A DNA stretch of 17,336 nt from the NCBI GenBank assembly GCA_013416795.1, contig RQSC01000626.1, forward strand, positions 33,875 to 51,210. Reading direction: 5' to 3'. The position numbers and the translations under genes were made by a program. This stretch comes from Prasinococcaceae sp. CCMP 1430 (Eukaryota > Plantae > Prasinodermophyta). Every line of letters starts with the position of its first letter. Position 1 is the first letter of the stretch. The notes under the pieces are model-generated. The model did not search any database. It saw only the letters and a program-made list of their open reading frames with translations, and had not been told where the DNA came from. Below, piece after piece: positions 8,558 to 16,715 of the stretch.

Positions 8558-9933
8558 GCACCTCGCGGCCGCGATCCCCTCGGGGGCGCTTGCATTGCGG
8601 GCCTATCACCGAGCGGCGTGACATTGGCGTTGGCCGCTCGCTGCGCTGCCGCTCCCCCCCAGCCGCTCTGCCGTCCGCGGCGGCGCGGCGGCGCGGCAGG
8701 CAGCGAAGGGAACTGGTCGCCGTCGTGCACGTCCGGCCGCTGCGACCGCGCCCCCTGCGCGGCTACCCACCCCGCCTCGCGTGCGCCGCCGCTGCGCGCG
8801 CCGCCGCCGTTCGCCTCGGCGAGAGAGGGGTCGCTTTCGGAGAAGATTAGCCCCTCGGGCTGCCCACCGTCGGAGCTGCCGAAGCCCACTCGCCGCGCGC
8901 TGTCGTCATGTACCGGACCGTCGTCCTCGACGTGCACCGCCGAGCCGCCCCCGCCGCTGCCACCGCCGCTGCCGCCGCCACCACCGCTGCCGCCACTGCC
9001 GTCGCGGGCGGGCGCTTCGCCGCCGCCCCTCCGCCGGCTGGGCTGAAAGAAGAATGCCTGCGCGATGTCCGGGGCGAGGTTGGCGTCGCGGCGTCGCTGC
9101 TGCGAGCTCATGTCCCCGCCGTGCTCAGACGCGCAGTGGCGCTTGAGCTCGAACTCGTTGTTGAACACGACAAACTTCTTCTGCAGGCACTCCGGGTGCT
9201 CGCAGAGGCAGTGCGCCTCGCGGAAATGCGCCTCGAGCGCCGCGTACGTTGGGTAGTACCTGTGCTGCGCCTCGGGGTCCCTGCGCGTGCACAGGTGGCA
9301 GGTGAAGTGCTCCCGCGTCATGTGCGTGTACAGCGCGTTGTCGTCGTAGAAGCGCCGGTCGCAGAACTTGCACTCCGGGTGGAACACCTTGCCGTCCTCC
9401 TCGGTGGTCTCGCCCTGCCTCATGTGGCGGTCGAGCTCGGCCTTGGTGTACACGCGCTGTTCGGACAGGAAGCACTTGCGCCCCTCGCAGCACAGCTTGC
9501 ACAGGTGGAGCTTGTGCACGCGCAGATGGCTGCGGAAGTCCTCGAGGCGCGTGAAGGGGCCCGCGGTGCACCTGTGCGCCCCCTTGCCGCTCCTCTGGGC
9601 AGGGGTGTTGAGCGGGCAGCGCAGCAGCGATTTGGCGCGGATTTCCGCGCAGTGCTCGGCGGCGCTGGCGTCGAAGTACGCCCCCATTGGCTCGTAGTAC
9701 TGCGTGTCGCGCTGCGCCTTGAGCGCCTCCTCCTCCTGCCAGCGCGCCGTGAAGTCGCCCGCGAAGCGGGTGACGAGCACGTGCTCGCTCGGCGCGCGGC
9801 ACATTGCGCACTCGACCGAGCCGACGACCATCCGCAGCCGCGCCACGCACGTCGAACACACGTCGGTGTGGCCGCACCGCGGCACCGCAGTGAACTGCAT
9901 CGGCTCGCAGCACACCATGCACACATCCTCCAT
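7693..9933 (-). CDS. ZNF598: ZNF598/Hel2-type RING E3 ubiquitin ligase (collided-ribosome sensor family), about 746 aa, with C-terminal RanBP2/NZF finger
   Basis: ATG at 9933. N-terminal C3HC4 RING (CMVCC...CGHTDVCSTC..RLR..CAMC). C2H2 fingers HPECKFCDRRFYDDNALYTHMTREHFTCHLC and HFREAHCLCEHPEC..KKFVVF..E.ELKRH..EH. Helical C-terminal domain, then WNCSACTLHN...CAAC. Confidence 0.9.
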
Positions 9934-9965
9934 GGCGCGAGCCGCGGCCGAAGCCGGCCGCAGCC

Positions 9966-10025
9966 GCCGCCGAGTGCGCCGCCGAGTGCGCCGCCGAGTG
10001 CGCCCACGCAGGCGCCCACGCAGGC
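9966..10025 (+). repeat. 12-bp minisatellite: (GCCGCCGAGTGC)3 (GCCCACGCAGGC)2
   Basis: Five in-register 12-mers at 9966, 9978, 9990, 10002 and 10014. Confidence 0.9.
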
Positions 10026-10077
10026 GCGCGCGCGCGCGCACGCGCGCGCGCGCTCTGCCACGCGCGACTGCCCCGCG

Positions 10078-10078
<1 letters not shown>

Positions 10079-10131
<53 letters not shown>
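10079..10131 (+). repeat. Compound microsatellite (CA)17(GA)9
   Basis: Read directly. Confidence 0.95.
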
Positions 10132-10931
10132 CGTACACACGCGCACGCACACACGCGCACGCACGCACGCGGCGGCTTCACCTCCGGCCACACGCGCGCG
10201 AGCCCTGGCCGGCGGCCGCTGCCCCGCCGGTCGAAACGCGCCGCGTCCCTCAAAGGGCGGATCTAACTCTCGTTCCGTCGGCGTCTCCCGCGCCAGAGCG
10301 CGGCGGAACGAGCGGCGCTTCCTCCCGGATCGGATCCACATCCGCGAGGGCCCCCCCGCGGCCGCGCGGCCGCGCGGCCGCGGCGCCCTTCTCAATCGAT
10401 TCCTGGCCGGATTCGCCGCCGCCGCCGCGCGCGGCGGCGCGCAGCGAGCCAGGCCAACCCGGGCGGAGACCCGGCGGGAGACCGCTGCGCTCGATCGACG
10501 CCGACACGCCCACACGCCGAGCCGACACGTCACATCACACATCGATCGGACGTGCGTTTGCTTGCCACGTGATCTGGCCTTTCCACGGGTCGTCATTTCG
10601 AACGTGGCTGTTGATTGAAGGCCTGCCGCGTTGAGAATGATGATGTGTGGGTGTTGATTGATGAGCGCCGACTGATGATGACGACCCGGGTTCGATGGCC
10701 TGGGTCGGGGTTGATGTGACCGTGTGTTTAGGATGAGGGTTCGGAGAGATGGTATCTGTTCGCGCAGGTCAGTTCGAATTCGGAAGGTGCGCGGAGCGCC
10801 CGCGCGCGCGCGCGGCGCGCGGGGCGCCACAGCGAGACGCGCCGCCGCCGTGGGACACCGCGCGGCGGACGGAGGGGTTCGGGTTCGCCTCACCCGCGCG
10901 CGCGCCCGCGCGGCGCGCGGAACGGGGCGCG

Positions 10932-12260
10932 ATGGACGAGTCGGACGCCGTGGCGACGTTCGTCGGCGTCACGGGCGCCGATGCGCCCACCGCGCAGCAG
11001 ATGCTGAGCAGCTGCGACTGGAACGTGGAGAGCGCGGTCGGGCTGTACTTTGCGTCGCAGGGCGGCGACGGCGGGGGCAGCGGCGGGGCAGCAGCAGCGG
11101 CAGCAGCACAGCCCACGGGGGGCGGCATGTCAGACGCCGACGCAGCCGCCGTGGCAGCCGCGATGGGCGAGCAGGACGTGCGCGCGCCGGACGCAGTGCG
11201 ACGTGAGCGGCTGTACGAGCCGGCGCCGGCGCAGCACTTGGTGCAGGCGGGCGCGGGCGTCCGCAGGCAGCGCAGCGGCAGCAACAACGTCTTCGATGAG
11301 ACGGAGGAGGGCGCAGCGGCGGCCGGCGCCCAACACCCCCAAGGCACGAGCGAGCCGGCACCGGCACCTCCGCAGAAAGGGCTGGCGGGACTGTTCGCGG
11401 CGCCGACGGACCTCGACGTCGGCGGCAGCTTCGAGCAGGCCAAGGAGCAGGCGCTGACGCTCGGGCGCTGGATGGTGGTCAACGTGCAGAAAGAGAGCGA
11501 GTTCGCCACCCACCAGCTCAATCGCGACACGTGGGGCAACGACATCGTCAAGGAGATGCTCAAGGAAAACTTTGTGTTCTTTCAGGCCAACATGAACGAC
11601 GAGGGGAGCGACGAGGAGGCCACGAAGCTCGTCATGTACTACCGCTTGCAGAGCTTCCCCGTGACGCTGTTGGTTGATCCAGTGACGGGCGCGAAGATGA
11701 AGCGATGGGAGGGGTTCGTGCAGCCTGACCAGCTCATGGAGGACCTCATGGGATTCATGGACAGGTCGCCGGTTGCTGCCGCTGCGGGTGATCCTGCGGC
11801 CCCGGCGAGGAAGGTCGCGCGCGGCGGGGTCGGGCCGGGCAGCGTTGGCGGGCAGCGCGCCGCCGTCGAAGCGCAGCAGCAGCAACAGCAGCAAGAGCAG
11901 CAGCGGCAGGAGGAGCAGCGAAAGCTTCGGGCGGAGGCGGAGGCGGCGGAGGCGGCGCACGTGGCGGCGGCTGCGCTCGAGTCCGCGCGTGCGGCGCTCC
12001 CGCCGGAGCCTCCGGCAGGCGAGCCTTCCTGCCGCATTGCCTTTCGTCTACCTGATGGCCGCCGAGTCACGCGGAAATTTCCGACGAGTGCGACGTCGGC
12101 TGCGTTGCACGCGTTCGCCGCGGTGGAGCTCGGCAGCGGGAAGCCTGTGTCTCTCAAGGAGGGCATGCCCGGCGCGGCGCCCCTTGACCCCAACTCGACA
12201 ATCACGCTCGCCGAGGCGCGTCTGAACGGGGTGCAGTTGCTGTGCACGCTCGCTGATTAG
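10932..12260 (+). CDS. UBXN7: UBXN7/PUX7/Ubx5-type Cdc48(p97) adaptor, about 442 aa (UBA-like, UAS, UBX)
   Basis: ATG at 10932. UBA-like MDESDAVATFVGVTGAD...MLSSCDWNVESAVGLYF, VRAPD motif, UAS/thioredoxin-like LAGLFAAP...SFEQAK..RWMVVNVQ..EFATHQLNRDTW..FVFFQ..LLVDPVTG, degenerate UIM-like helix, and UBX domain CRIAFRLPDGRRVTRKF. Confidence 0.9.
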   Translation: MDESDAVATFVGVTGADAPTAQQMLSSCDWNVESAVGLYFASQGGDGGGSGGAAAAAAAQPTGGGMSDADAAAVAAAMGEQDVRAPDAVRRERLYEPAPAQHLVQAGAGVRRQRSGSNNVFDETEEGAAAAGAQHPQGTSEPAPAPPQKGLAGLFAAPTDLDVGGSFEQAKEQALTLGRWMVVNVQKESEFATHQLNRDTWGNDIVKEMLKENFVFFQANMNDEGSDEEATKLVMYYRLQSFPVTLLVDPVTGAKMKRWEGFVQPDQLMEDLMGFMDRSPVAAAAGDPAAPARKVARGGVGPGSVGGQRAAVEAQQQQQQQEQQRQEEQRKLRAEAEAAEAAHVAAAALESARAALPPEPPAGEPSCRIAFRLPDGRRVTRKFPTSATSAALHAFAAVELGSGKPVSLKEGMPGAAPLDPNSTITLAEARLNGVQLLCTLAD

Positions 12261-12335
12261 TGCACGAAAGCCAGCGAGCGTGGCTCGCGCGCGCATTCGG
12301 TCGTAATTATGGTTCTCGCAGCGCACCGCAGTTGC

Positions 12336-13628
12336 TCACGCGCCCGGCGAGCTCCCCTGCGCTCGCAGCGCTGCGGCTTCGGCGAGCGCACGCGCCGACC
12401 GCGCTGACCTCGCACTCATTTCCGCCTCGTCAACGGCCTCCTGCAGGCTCTCGCGAGCGGTTTCAAGGGCCTCCTCCAGGTGCTGCTTGACCAGCTCGCG
12501 CGCGAGGACCTCCTCCTCGTACTGTGACTCCAGCTGCGCGAGGCGTTTCTCGAGAGCGGCGGCTTCGTCGCCGCTCCCGCCGGCGGCGCCTTTGTCCTGA
12601 TCGGTCCCGGTGGCGCCCTCCGCCGCATGCGCCCCGCTGAGTTCCTCGAGTCTCTGCCTGGACTGCATGTGCGCGAGTGCGTCCTGGTCCATCCTCTCCT
12701 CGAGCGCCCTCACGCGCGCCTCAACTGACTCTGTGTCGCCATCGGGGGAGGCCCCACCCGCTCGGTCGGCCTTCGACAGCAGCGCCTTGAGCTCCTCGAG
12801 CTCACGCATCTGATGGTCGCGCGCCTGTTCCGCCCGCCTGTCGCGCTCGAGCTGCTGCTCGCGCAGCTCGCGCTGCGCGAGCTCTATTGCCTCAACACGC
12901 TCAGCGAGCGCCCCGATCACCGCGCCATCGATGGCGTTGCCACCATCGCCAGTGTCGCCACTCGCGTTACCGTCACGCCCTCCTCGGTCGTGCTGATGAG
13001 CCTGAATGTCCTCGAGCTTCCGGCCGAGTTCCGAGACCCTCTGACCGAGCTCTTCGAGCTCGTCACCAAGTACCCCTAGCGCACGCACTCGCTCTGTCCG
13101 GTCGCCATTGGCATCCTCGAGCACCCCGCTAAGCTGCTGCGCGTTGCGTGCGCCCTCCTCGAGCCGCTCGAGCCGAGCTCCCATCGAAGCGACATCCTCA
13201 GCGAGGCGCGATGAGAGCGCCTCTCCGGAGGCAGTCGCGGCAGTGCTCGCTTCCTCGGCGTGCGCGAGGCGGAACTCGAGCGCGCGCATCCGAGCGCCGT
13301 CGGCATCGGCCTTGTCGACGGCCCGCGCGCGCTCGGCCGCCAGCTCGCTGCGCGCGGCATCGAGCTCGGACAGTGCGGCGCTCACGCGGGCCTCGACGCG
13401 TTCGATTGGGCTCGCCGCGTCTGAGAGGAGGCGCTCCACCGCACTGGGCCGCTCGGCGGCATCCGCCCACGTCGGCGTCGATAGATTGAGCTGGTCCGCG
13501 CCGCTGACGCCGGTCGCCGCGGCCGCGGGCCCGCACAGCGCGAGGTTGAGCTCTGTGGCCTCGAGCGACGCGGCCAGCCGCACTCGCCAGTTGTCGGTCG
13601 TGACGCCGTCGCGCGCGGCGAGAGACAT
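12336..13628 (-). CDS. Hypothetical Ala/Glu/Arg/Leu-rich coiled-coil protein, about 430 aa (extra 5' exons could be hidden in the gap)
   Basis: Long ORF from ATG 13628 (MSLAARDG) with heptad-like charged helices (VEARVSAALSELDAARSELAAE; LEELGQRVSELGRKLEDIQ) and codon usage like neighbouring genes. No family recognised. Confidence 0.7.
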   Translation of the reverse strand: MSLAARDGVTTDNWRVRLAASLEATELNLALCGPAAAATGVSGADQLNLSTPTWADAAERPSAVERLLSDAASPIERVEARVSAALSELDAARSELAAERARAVDKADADGARMRALEFRLAHAEEASTAATASGEALSSRLAEDVASMGARLERLEEGARNAQQLSGVLEDANGDRTERVRALGVLGDELEELGQRVSELGRKLEDIQAHQHDRGGRDGNASGDTGDGGNAIDGAVIGALAERVEAIELAQRELREQQLERDRRAEQARDHQMRELEELKALLSKADRAGGASPDGDTESVEARVRALEERMDQDALAHMQSRQRLEELSGAHAAEGATGTDQDKGAAGGSGDEAAALEKRLAQLESQYEEEVLARELVKQHLEEALETARESLQEAVDEAEMSARSARSARALAEAAALRAQGSSPGA

Positions 13629-13682
13629 CGCGCCGGGAGGGGCGCAGGCCTCGCCGGGGCTCGCGCACCCGCGCGCGCCGCC

Positions 13683-13833
13683 NNNNNNNNNNNNNNNNNN
13701 NNNNNNNNNNNNNNNNNNNNNNNNNNNNNNNNNNNNNNNNNNNNNNNNNNNNNNNNNNNNNNNNNNNNNNNNNNNNNNNNNNNNNNNNNNNNNNNNNNNN
13801 NNNNNNNNNNNNNNNNNNNNNNNNNNNNNNNNN
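13683..13833. other. Assembly gap (151 N)
   Basis: Run of N. Confidence 1.
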
Positions 13834-14078
13834 GGCGGCGTTTCCGCCCGCCCGGGACGGGACAGATCGCGCGCGGGCGCGCCATCGGAACGCACCGCCG
13901 CGCGTGCGCGCGACTTTCCGGCGCGGCGCCCAATTCGGCCGCGCCGATCGCGCGTTCGCCCCGCGCGCATTCGCCCGGGCGCGCGCGCGCGCGCGCGCGC
14001 GTTTGGGGTAAGAACCTAATAGGGTTCGGTAAGCGCTCGGGCGCAGGTCGGATCGAAAGCGTCCCTGCGACGAAGTCG

Positions 14079-14087
14079 TTAGGGTTT
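14079..14087 (-). promoter_or_regulatory. Telo-box (AAACCCTAA)
   Basis: TTAGGGTTT on the + strand in a divergent intergenic region. Matches the plant telo-box cis-element. Confidence 0.45.
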
Positions 14088-14346
14088 CGACGGACGGCGC
14101 TTTTTTGTTTTCGCGCGCGCGCGCGCGCGCGCCGGCGGGCAGCAGAGGGCGAAACCGCAGCTGCGCGCGCGCGGCGGGTTCTGCGGGATTCGATGGAACC
14201 CAAAGGATTCGCGAAATATCCTGCGCAACTGCGGTGGAGTCCGAATTGAATGAATTTGTTTTGATGTACAGAGGGTTCCATTGGCGCGGGGCGGCGCGCG
14301 CGCGCGAACGCGCGGCCGTTTTCCGTTTCGGCGCGCGCGGCGGCGG

Positions 14347-14466
14347 NNNNNNNNNNNNNNNNNNNNNNNNNNNNNNNNNNNNNNNNNNNNNNNNNNNNNN
14401 NNNNNNNNNNNNNNNNNNNNNNNNNNNNNNNNNNNNNNNNNNNNNNNNNNNNNNNNNNNNNNNNNN
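14347..14466. other. Assembly gap (120 N)
   Basis: Run of N. Confidence 1.
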
Positions 14467-16316
14467 GCCGTGGTCGGCGGCGGCGGCGGCGAGGCCTTCG
14501 ACGTCGGCGCGCAGATCGCCGTGGGCGGCGGCGACCGAGGCGAGGGCGCGGCGCACCTTTCGGGGGGAGACCATGGCGTGGATCACGGCGCTGGCATCGA
14601 GGTGCGCAATTGCGCTGCTGTGCCCGCGTGCGGCGGCGAGGGACGCGCGCGCCGCGCGCCATTGACCGCGCCTTTGTCCGGGTCGGCACCGTCTGGGCGC
14701 GATCGCGCTTTGCAGGGCGCTGACATGGCGCGGTGGGCGTGCTGCTGCCGATACGCGCACACGCACGCTCGACACTCGCCCTCGCATCGCAGATGTACGT
14801 CGGCTTGCGTCAATTCACCAACTTTGGCACGAACTTCCCGGACTTGGTGCGCGAGTGGATGATCCACACAGGCGTGTGCCACTACCTCGTGGTGATCCGG
14901 ACGCCGCAGGGGCGGGTCTTCTCGTACGACTTTGGCCCGCCCAAGGGCGAGATCGAGGTGCCGCTGCTTGGCCGCATGGAAGGGGACAGTGTACCCAACG
15001 TGGGATACGGCACGGACGATAGCCTCATGCGGGTGCTCACGCAGGGGCCGAAGGGCGAGATCCGCGAGGAGGAGGTCCTCGGCGGCGTGGTGCCGGAAGG
15101 CTGCAAGTTCTGCGGCGTGTCGCCTCTCAGCCTCGAGGACCTGCGATCTTACGTCCGCGTGCAGCCCACCGCGTACACCCTGTTCGGCACCGACTGCCGG
15201 CACTTCGCGAACAAAATGGTGTACTACGGGACTGGTGTGAAGGACGCGGCGAGCTGCACCCCGACGTCCCAGCTTCTGCATGAGCACGTCCAACGCCTCA
15301 ACCGCCAGCACGGCGAGCACATGAATGCGTTCAGCAACATCGGCAACATGGCGCGCTCCGTGGCGTACCAGTTTTCGCTCGTGGAGCACTGCACCGCGAT
15401 CCGCGTGGCGATGGCCACGATGTCGGCAGCCGCGCTGAGCTCGGCAACTTTTCGCGTGGCGGGCGCGCTCGCGCCGCTCGTCGCCGTCGCCTCAAAGCCG
15501 ATGCAGGTGGTCGCCGCTGCGGCGCCCAAGCTGCGGTCTGTGCCGGCCGTGGTTGCGGCTGTGTCCACGGCTGTGCAGAGCGGCGATGTCGGTGGGGTGG
15601 TCACCGCCCTGGGCCTCAGCGGCTCCGAGGCAGCGGCAATGGGAGAAATCGTGAAGGCAGGGAGCAGTGCCGCGGCCGCACAGGAGAGCGCCGGCGCCGC
15701 GGCCGCAGCGGCAACCGCCAGCGGCTTGGCCAAGCACGTCAACGCGCTCGGCAGCGCGGCGCGCGCGGCGGCAGACGGCGCGACTGCGGCGGCCGTCACG
15801 GGCACTGGGGCGATGGTCGCCGCAGCGTCCGAGGTAGGGGCCGGCGTCACCGCTGCTGCTGTAGTTGCCACTACTGGTGTCATGGCTGCGGCCACAGAAG
15901 TGTCTGCATCCGTGAGCGCAGCGGCTGCGGCGACGGCGGGGGGCATGCACATCGCTCTGCTCGCCGCAGCGGGCGCGGGCGAGCGGGTCGCGGACGCGGC
16001 TCAGAGGCTGCTCGGGGGCGAGGCAAGGATTCGCCGCGCTAGCCAGTCCAAAGCGTCGGCTGGGACACAGCAGGGCGGTGCGGCGGGCCGACGAGTCACG
16101 CTGAGCAGGTCCGCGTCGTGGCGGGCTGGCGCTGGTGGCGGGGGGTTGCCGAGGTCGGCGTCAACTGGACAGCTGGCGACCCTCAGGATGGATTCCGCCC
16201 ACAGCCTCTCGCTCAGCGCACGGCAGCTGCCATCAATTTCGGCCAAGGCCACGCGCATGCCCAGGCTAGCGTACAAAGAGCTGGCGCCCCTCCAGGTCAC
16301 AACGCTGTCGTCGTAG
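14467..16316 (+). CDS. PPPDE/DeSI-like permuted papain-fold (His-Cys) protein with long Ala/Val/Thr-rich C-terminus; exons <14467-14601 and 14793-16316; start probably in the gap
   Basis: GVCHYLVVI (His codon 14880-14882), YDFGP and YTLFGTDCRHFAN (Cys codon 15195-15197) resemble the PPPDE pattern GxxH...YxLxxxNCNHF. Splicing joins ...GAGIE|MYVGLR in frame. Confidence 0.65.
14602..14792 (+). other. Spliceosomal intron, 191 nt, phase 0
   Basis: GAG|GTGCGC donor, GCTGAC branch-point-like motif at 14719-14724, CA-rich stretch, ATCGCAG| acceptor directly before ATG 14793. Confidence 0.7.
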
Positions 16317-16496
16317 GAGGATGCCTGCTCCCCCCCTCCGCCGCCCGCCAATCTGTACCGTACTAAGGCGCGGGGCGTGAAGGGAACTAGTCTCCTGAGG
16401 AGCCGGGACCGGGGGATGACCGGATCGGGTTTGTGTATACAATGCACGACCCCCTCGAGCTCGCTGCCGCGCGCGGGCCCGTTTATCTTCGATATG

Positions 16497-16511
16497 TGTA
16501 ACATACTTACA
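16497..16511. terminator. Back-to-back TGTAA-type polyadenylation signals for the two convergent genes
   Basis: TGTAA at 16497-16501 (+) and TTACA at 16507-16511 (TGTAA on -), each about 200 nt past the respective stop codon. UGUAA is the known near-upstream element of chlorophyte algae. Confidence 0.55.
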
Positions 16512-16715
16512 TTGCTAATGCCTCCAACGTGCTGCCTGCGATGGCGAGCCCGCGCGCGCGCGCGGCGCAGCGCGGCACGCAGCGCGGACCGCACCGCACA
16601 AGCAGAGGGTGGGAAAGGAGGATGGTGTGTGTGTGAACAGCTGTTCTTCTTAAGTAATTCCCCCCGCGCTGCGATGCCACGGCCGCGGCGCACAATCGCG
16701 ACGGAGCGGCTACAT

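Noticed and set aside
2681-10266. Long antisense or alternative-frame ORFs (2681..3760, 3873..4790, 8908..10266, 10769..11563, 13108..14019 etc.)
   Set aside because: Shadow ORFs expected from GC-rich codon usage on the opposite strand. No protein-like motifs.
10637-10675. Box C/D snoRNA (ATGATGA ... CTGA)
   Set aside because: C-to-D distance is only about 39 nt, the guide regions are too short, and the terminal stem does not abut box C. Kept only as a generic structured-element lead.
9934-10893. 320-codon in-frame N-terminal extension of ZNF598 in the ORF track
   Set aside because: Translates microsatellites and low-complexity DNA (LSLSLSL, CVCVCV) and begins at a non-ATG start. Stop codons are rare at this GC content. 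The RING starts right after ATG 9933.
8519-11903. (CTG)n at about 8519-8556 and (CAG)n at about 11874-11903
   Set aside because: Ordinary poly-Gln tracts in disordered linkers of ZNF598 and the UBX protein.
14042-14069. SRP RNA helix 8-like hairpin (CAGG...GAAA)
   Set aside because: Lacks the conserved AGCAG on the 3' side and the rest of the SRP fold.
14079-14087. Telomerase RNA template (AAACCCUAA on the minus strand)
   Set aside because: No recognisable USE/TATA promoter or minus-strand U-tract terminator is visible. A telo-box promoter element is the simpler explanation.
16503-16511. U1 snRNA gene (ATACTTAC)
   Set aside because: Only the first 8 nt match. No U1 stem-loops or Sm site follow.
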